Positions 60,168-64,000 of a stretch of 64,000 nucleotides of DNA are shown here, one piece after another. The notes below the pieces were generated by a model. That model saw only the letters and a list, made by a program, of their open reading frames with translations. It had not been told where the DNA came from and did not search any database. The first letter of the stretch is position 1; each line of letters begins with the position of its first letter. The translations under genes and the position numbers were made by a program. The DNA is from an uncultured virus (IMG/VR IMGVR_UViG_3300010885_066780) (lineage: Duplodnaviria; Heunggongvirae; Uroviricota; Caudoviricetes): IMG/VR virus record IMGVR_UViG_3300010885_066780; one strand, written 5' to 3'.

Positions 60168-60657
60168 CTGATTTCACCAAGATATCCAAAATACCTTCGG
60201 CCATAGTGGTATATACTCGTTGCACGATGTCAGAATTCCAAGTTCCATCAACGGCGTTGACTCCTCCCTGCACACTAAACAATGCTTGTGCTAATTGTTC
60301 AGGATCAATTTTGATCAGCAGAGCAGGGCAATCAGGTTCACCATATTTGCAGCTATGATCATAAGGCCAAATATTACAATGTGATAAATGTGTTTGTAGA
60401 TTGTGTTCTGCCAAGCGATATTTTTCAAGTTCAGTTAAAATATCAATTAACACAGATGATTCAACTGAGACAAAAGCATCGTCTCCAGCAGGAACTGACT
60501 TAATTGATTCTCGACTTTTGCCCAGCAATTCTTCAATCACATCATCTGAAATTGAATAGATTTCTAAATCTTGATCCTGATCCTCGATATTGAAAAACTG
60601 TTCCATGTCAAACCCCATTTCTTTCACTATACAAGATTTTTCAAAGAAATCAACCAA
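60160..60657 (-). CDS. Hypothetical protein
   Basis: ORF overlapping the next gene; start uncertain. Confidence 0.55.
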   Translation of the reverse strand: MVDFFEKSCIVKEMGFDMEQFFNIEDQDQDLEIYSISDDVIEELLGKSRESIKSVPAGDDAFVSVESSVLIDILTELEKYRLAEHNLQTHLSHCNIWPYDHSCKYGEPDCPALLIKIDPEQLAQALFSVQGGVNAVDGTWNSDIVQRVYTTMAEGILDILVKSDD

Positions 60658-60671
60658 AATTTCATAAATAG

Positions 60672-61181
60672 TTGTGGTTGTGGAAACATGTCATGAAATT
60701 AATAGAATTGTTTGAAAAAAAGATTTTCAGCTTGTTTGAAGACAGTGAAGTGTTGACGGCTGAATCAGAAAAACTATTGGATCAAAGGTTTACTGATAAA
60801 TTTATCACTACCTTAAAATTGGGCCAAAAAGAAGTTGGATCTTTTATATTCACTAGGTACTCGCATGTAGAAAATAACAAGAGAATTGTTATCAATAATT
60901 ATTCTTCTGTGAATTCTAATTTTAGAAATTTGGGATATGGTAAGATACTTTTGTTGGCTGCAATTGCTTCAGCAGATCATTATCACATTATATTTGAAAA
61001 AGATAATTCTGGAATTAGCCCAACTCAGAAATCAGTTTATGATAGTTTGTTAAGATCAGGGTATATAACACAGCAGCCAGCCTTTTATGATATGGCTGGA
61101 TTTGAACATCGAGAATGGAGATTGACGACTTCAGGGCTGGATTTTTTGAATCATCAAATCGGCTCGATCAACTTTCTTTGA
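60672..61181 (+). CDS. GNAT-like acetyltransferase with LFE leader
   Basis: 'VNSNFRNLGYGKILL' motif A; likely start MKLIELFE. Confidence 0.6.
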   Translation: MWLWKHVMKLIELFEKKIFSLFEDSEVLTAESEKLLDQRFTDKFITTLKLGQKEVGSFIFTRYSHVENNKRIVINNYSSVNSNFRNLGYGKILLLAAIASADHYHIIFEKDNSGISPTQKSVYDSLLRSGYITQQPAFYDMAGFEHREWRLTTSGLDFLNHQIGSINFL

Positions 61182-61328
61182 ATCTGCAATGTCACCCAAA
61201 TATTCTCCCAGCATCTGATAAGCCCGTTCACCTGCTAGTTCATCAGCTGCTTTGGGATCCATGCCAGATTCAATCAAGTCATCCAGGATTTCAGTATATA
61301 ATTTAAGGTAAATGTCTTTCATTACCAA
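61131..61328 (-). CDS. Hypothetical protein
   Basis: AGGAG SD. Confidence 0.5.
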   Translation of the reverse strand: MVMKDIYLKLYTEILDDLIESGMDPKAADELAGERAYQMLGEYLGDIADSKKVDRADLMIQKIQP

Positions 61329-61594
61329 TCTCCTGAACTTCCGCCACCACCAAAATCACCACCGCCTCCAGAGAAAGAATCCGGCGTACTGGTGTCAGTT
61401 GAAGTAAACCCAGATGAACTGTCGAAAACTGAAAGTGAATCAATTGTTGAAGCGCTTTCTTCACGCCGCGTGGTTTTGAAATTCTCACTCAGTGCCACAT
61501 TCGTGTGACCACAATGAACACATCGACTTTGACCATATACAACGGTAGTCATATAAGTCTTCTTACATGAGTTGCAGGTTACTTTCTGAGACAT
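61322..61594 (-). CDS. Zinc-ribbon protein with Gly-rich GGGDFGGGGSSGDW tail
   Basis: CxxC...CxxC plus a Gly-rich tail like that of TPM-domain proteins. Confidence 0.65.
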   Translation of the reverse strand: MSQKVTCNSCKKTYMTTVVYGQSRCVHCGHTNVALSENFKTTRREESASTIDSLSVFDSSSGFTSTDTSTPDSFSGGGGDFGGGGSSGDW

Positions 61595-61734
61595 TGTGAA
61601 TTCCTTTTTAAAAGCAGTGATTAATTTATAGCTTGGTAATATTCTGATGTCAATCCCGTCGGTTCTTTTTCAGCTCCTTATTCATTCCATGAACAAAACA
61701 CCACGCTATATACAACCCAATAATTTGCAACATT

Positions 61735-62541
61735 TTAGAGTCCTTCTCTTTTGACCAATACATCTGCTACACTGGCAGCTAGGTCTGCATCATAATTTGG
61801 TAGCTCATCATTAAGAGCATCCATGTTTTTCATTGCCCACATATAGTAATCAGTGGGTATATCTACTAGATTGGTTCCGCGATATTTACCAAATGGCCAG
61901 GTCGCAATTGTGATTGGCGCATTTGATAGTGCTACTAACTGTTCTGCAATATCAATGTTGGGATCCAATTTGCCGGACTCCAGCCCATATGATACCAGCA
62001 GTTTTAAAAATTCACCACATACCAAACAATCAACATCTGCTCTATGGAGCGCCCGATTTTCAACAGGTAGATCAAAATAGTATCGGAAATAATTTAATGA
62101 AAAGGTAGTTATTGGAAAATCAGGAAGCAGTAATTGTTTTGCCAGACGCAGTGTACAAATCCAATTATCTGTATTTGCTAATTGAGCTGCCTGTTCCAAA
62201 AAATTTAACTTTTTATAATTGTTGACTAGAATATCCCTGTCGAATTTAGCATTATGTGCGACCCATATTGGCATCTCGTCAAATCCCAGCAAATTATTTG
62301 CAACTGGAATTGATTCAGAAAACTTGAGTCGGCCAGCCAGTAATTGTCTGCTTATATTATTAACCGCCGAAGCTTCAGCTGGGATCGGAATCCAAGAATC
62401 AAACAAGCTGGAATTAGTCTGCCAGTTGTCAACGTTGAAATTCCAAACTGCCATGCCGATTTCTACTAGCTCAGCAGCTTCTATATCGGTGAATGTTGTT
62501 TCAGTATCTATGACGCGAATTTTTGATAAAAGTTTTTTCAT
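61735..62541 (-). CDS. DnaQ/ExoX-like 3'-5' exonuclease
   Basis: 'IDTETT', 'AHNAKFD', 'HRADVD', C-terminal 'WPFGKYRG'. Confidence 0.88.
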   Translation of the reverse strand: MKKLLSKIRVIDTETTFTDIEAAELVEIGMAVWNFNVDNWQTNSSLFDSWIPIPAEASAVNNISRQLLAGRLKFSESIPVANNLLGFDEMPIWVAHNAKFDRDILVNNYKKLNFLEQAAQLANTDNWICTLRLAKQLLLPDFPITTFSLNYFRYYFDLPVENRALHRADVDCLVCGEFLKLLVSYGLESGKLDPNIDIAEQLVALSNAPITIATWPFGKYRGTNLVDIPTDYYMWAMKNMDALNDELPNYDADLAASVADVLVKREGL

Positions 62542-62555
62542 AGTCTAATTATAGG

Positions 62556-63344
62556 TCAAAAATACTCAATGTCAACTTTGGCATAATTGTCTCTGTTTTC
62601 TCGGTTATGGATATTCAAATAATAAATTTGATTGGGGTTGATCCACTGATAATAGATTGCTTCTTGTATCAAACTGTTTAAGATACCAACGTCATACAAA
62701 CATATGCTGGCAATTTGTGATTTGGCAAGTGGTTGAGCAGAAATATTTCCAGTTAGTGTAATGGGCCTACCAAGTAAATTTGTGCCATTGATAAATTGGC
62801 TGGGCCACATTGACAAAGCGAATTGCTGAGTAGGCTCAAACAGTTCTTGTATGGCTGTAAAGCGAACCTGTGCTCTATCACGTACTTCAAAAGGAAAACA
62901 GATTGTTTGACCACGCGGAATGAAATATATGTTATTAGGTGGGGTTTCTGTGACTATTTGAACATTTTCTGGAAGTGGGAATTGGTTTTCAATTATTGTG
63001 CGGGGGATTCCGGGTACATAGGGAGTTTCCCATAAAACTCCTGTTAAAACAAAATTCGAAAGTCCATATCTACTATAAACTTGAATTATGTCACCGGTGT
63101 TTAAATGTAAATTTTGTAGATGCAGTGGCCGATTACCGGGAATTTCAACTTCATAGGCAATCCACATAGTATTGTTTGGTATAGAACCAGCTGGGGCTAT
63201 TCTAACTCGAATGCGATCCGCTTGATTGCTGGTATTGTTACAAACCAACATGGCTTGTATTTGAGATCGTTCTGGAACCAAATACATGTCAACTAAATCA
63301 TTGGCATCTGGTTTCGTTTCAGAAAATATTTGTCGAGTGATCAT
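62556..63344 (-). CDS. Putative structural protein
   Basis: Beta-rich 'VCN...L..GD.I.V' domain common in virion proteins. Confidence 0.5.
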   Translation of the reverse strand: MITRQIFSETKPDANDLVDMYLVPERSQIQAMLVCNNTSNQADRIRVRIAPAGSIPNNTMWIAYEVEIPGNRPLHLQNLHLNTGDIIQVYSRYGLSNFVLTGVLWETPYVPGIPRTIIENQFPLPENVQIVTETPPNNIYFIPRGQTICFPFEVRDRAQVRFTAIQELFEPTQQFALSMWPSQFINGTNLLGRPITLTGNISAQPLAKSQIASICLYDVGILNSLIQEAIYYQWINPNQIYYLNIHNRENRDNYAKVDIEYF

Positions 63345-63347
63345 TCG

Positions 63348-63788
63348 TCAGATCCTAGATATAATCCACCAATTTGGTTGATCAAAAACAGGAGCATAGA
63401 CCACAGTAATAGAACCATATGCAGATGATATAACCGCATCAATTTGATTTTCTATGTATCCTGTATCTGGCAATAAGTTGATTTGATTTGTTGCAATTCC
63501 CAAATTACCACTCAAATCTTTTATACTGCATGTCCAACCAGGAGTCATTTGTGACGTTATTAATGTGACATTTGTTATGGTGTCATTAATTATGCCAATG
63601 AATCGATCTTGATTGGTCATCACATAGGAATTTGATGTGACTATTACAGAATTGCCTATTGCAGGACCAGTAGGGCCGATTGGACCAGTATAACCAGAAT
63701 TGGGTCCGGTGGGACCTATTAGGCCAGGTGAGCCAGTTGGTCCGGTGGGTCCTTGTACTGTTGTAGGGGGATAGGAATAAAGTGTCAT
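63348..63788 (-). CDS. Collagen-repeat fibre-like protein
   Basis: G-P-T repeats, 'IKDLSG', 'YGSITVVY...W'. Confidence 0.7.
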   Translation of the reverse strand: MTLYSYPPTTVQGPTGPTGSPGLIGPTGPNSGYTGPIGPTGPAIGNSVIVTSNSYVMTNQDRFIGIINDTITNVTLITSQMTPGWTCSIKDLSGNLGIATNQINLLPDTGYIENQIDAVISSAYGSITVVYAPVFDQPNWWIISRI

Positions 63789-63791
63789 ACC

Positions 63792-64000
63792 CTATTTATT
63801 GCGAGTCGGAACAGGAATTTCCCAACCATCAGTTATGAATTCCAGTTGCCCAATTCTACAAATGAAATTACGTTGTCGAGGTTTCTTTTCCAGCGTCATT
63901 TGAAATCCACTGGGCAATTCGGCTTTGATACGAGTGTCAGTTCTTTCAATAACAAAGCTTTTGACTTTTTGAGTAACCGTATTGCATTCAATAATTATTC
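63792..64000 (-). CDS. Partial hypothetical protein (runs off the window)
   Basis: Open frame ...CRIGQLEFITDGWEIPVPTRNK*. Confidence 0.5.
   Translation of the reverse strand, partial: IIIECNTVTQKVKSFVIERTDTRIKAELPSGFQMTLEKKPRQRNFICRIGQLEFITDGWEIPVPTRNK

Noticed and set aside
1..64000. tRNA or rRNA genes
   Set aside because: No cloverleaf or rRNA-like segment recognised by eye; tRNAscan-SE would be needed to exclude them

Overview
AT-rich segment of a large T4-like (myovirus, probably jumbo) phage genome. It carries structural genes (a giant baseplate/tail protein cut by the window start, a 1346-aa tail sheath, fibre-like proteins) and replication genes (split family-B DNA polymerase with a mini-intein, sliding clamp, DsbA-like protein, dNMP kinase, MazG-like protein, DnaQ exonuclease). 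Host-like genes include yeaG-yeaH-ycgB/SpoVR, phoH, IF-1, PTH2 and an ArfA-like peptide. There is a seven-gene glycosylation cluster and a dispersed folE / queD-like / TGT(DpdA)-like / glycosyltransferase set that suggests guanine hypermodification. The most striking structure is about 31 short paralogous ORFs with variable bodies and a conserved C-terminal motif (F-E/D-x-x-E-D-K-L-E-F-x-L-T-Y/W-G/S), arranged in head-to-tail arrays with conserved ~40-bp junctions. A transposase-less TnpB-like nuclease gene sits inside one array, and its 3' hairpin abuts the conserved motif. Also seen: many putative capsid-targeted proteins (M-K/R-x-x-D-L-F-E leaders behind TAAATA late promoters), small stand-alone portal-like and capsid-like fragments, and a candidate structured ncRNA. 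All calls come from motif recognition by eye; no database searches were run.
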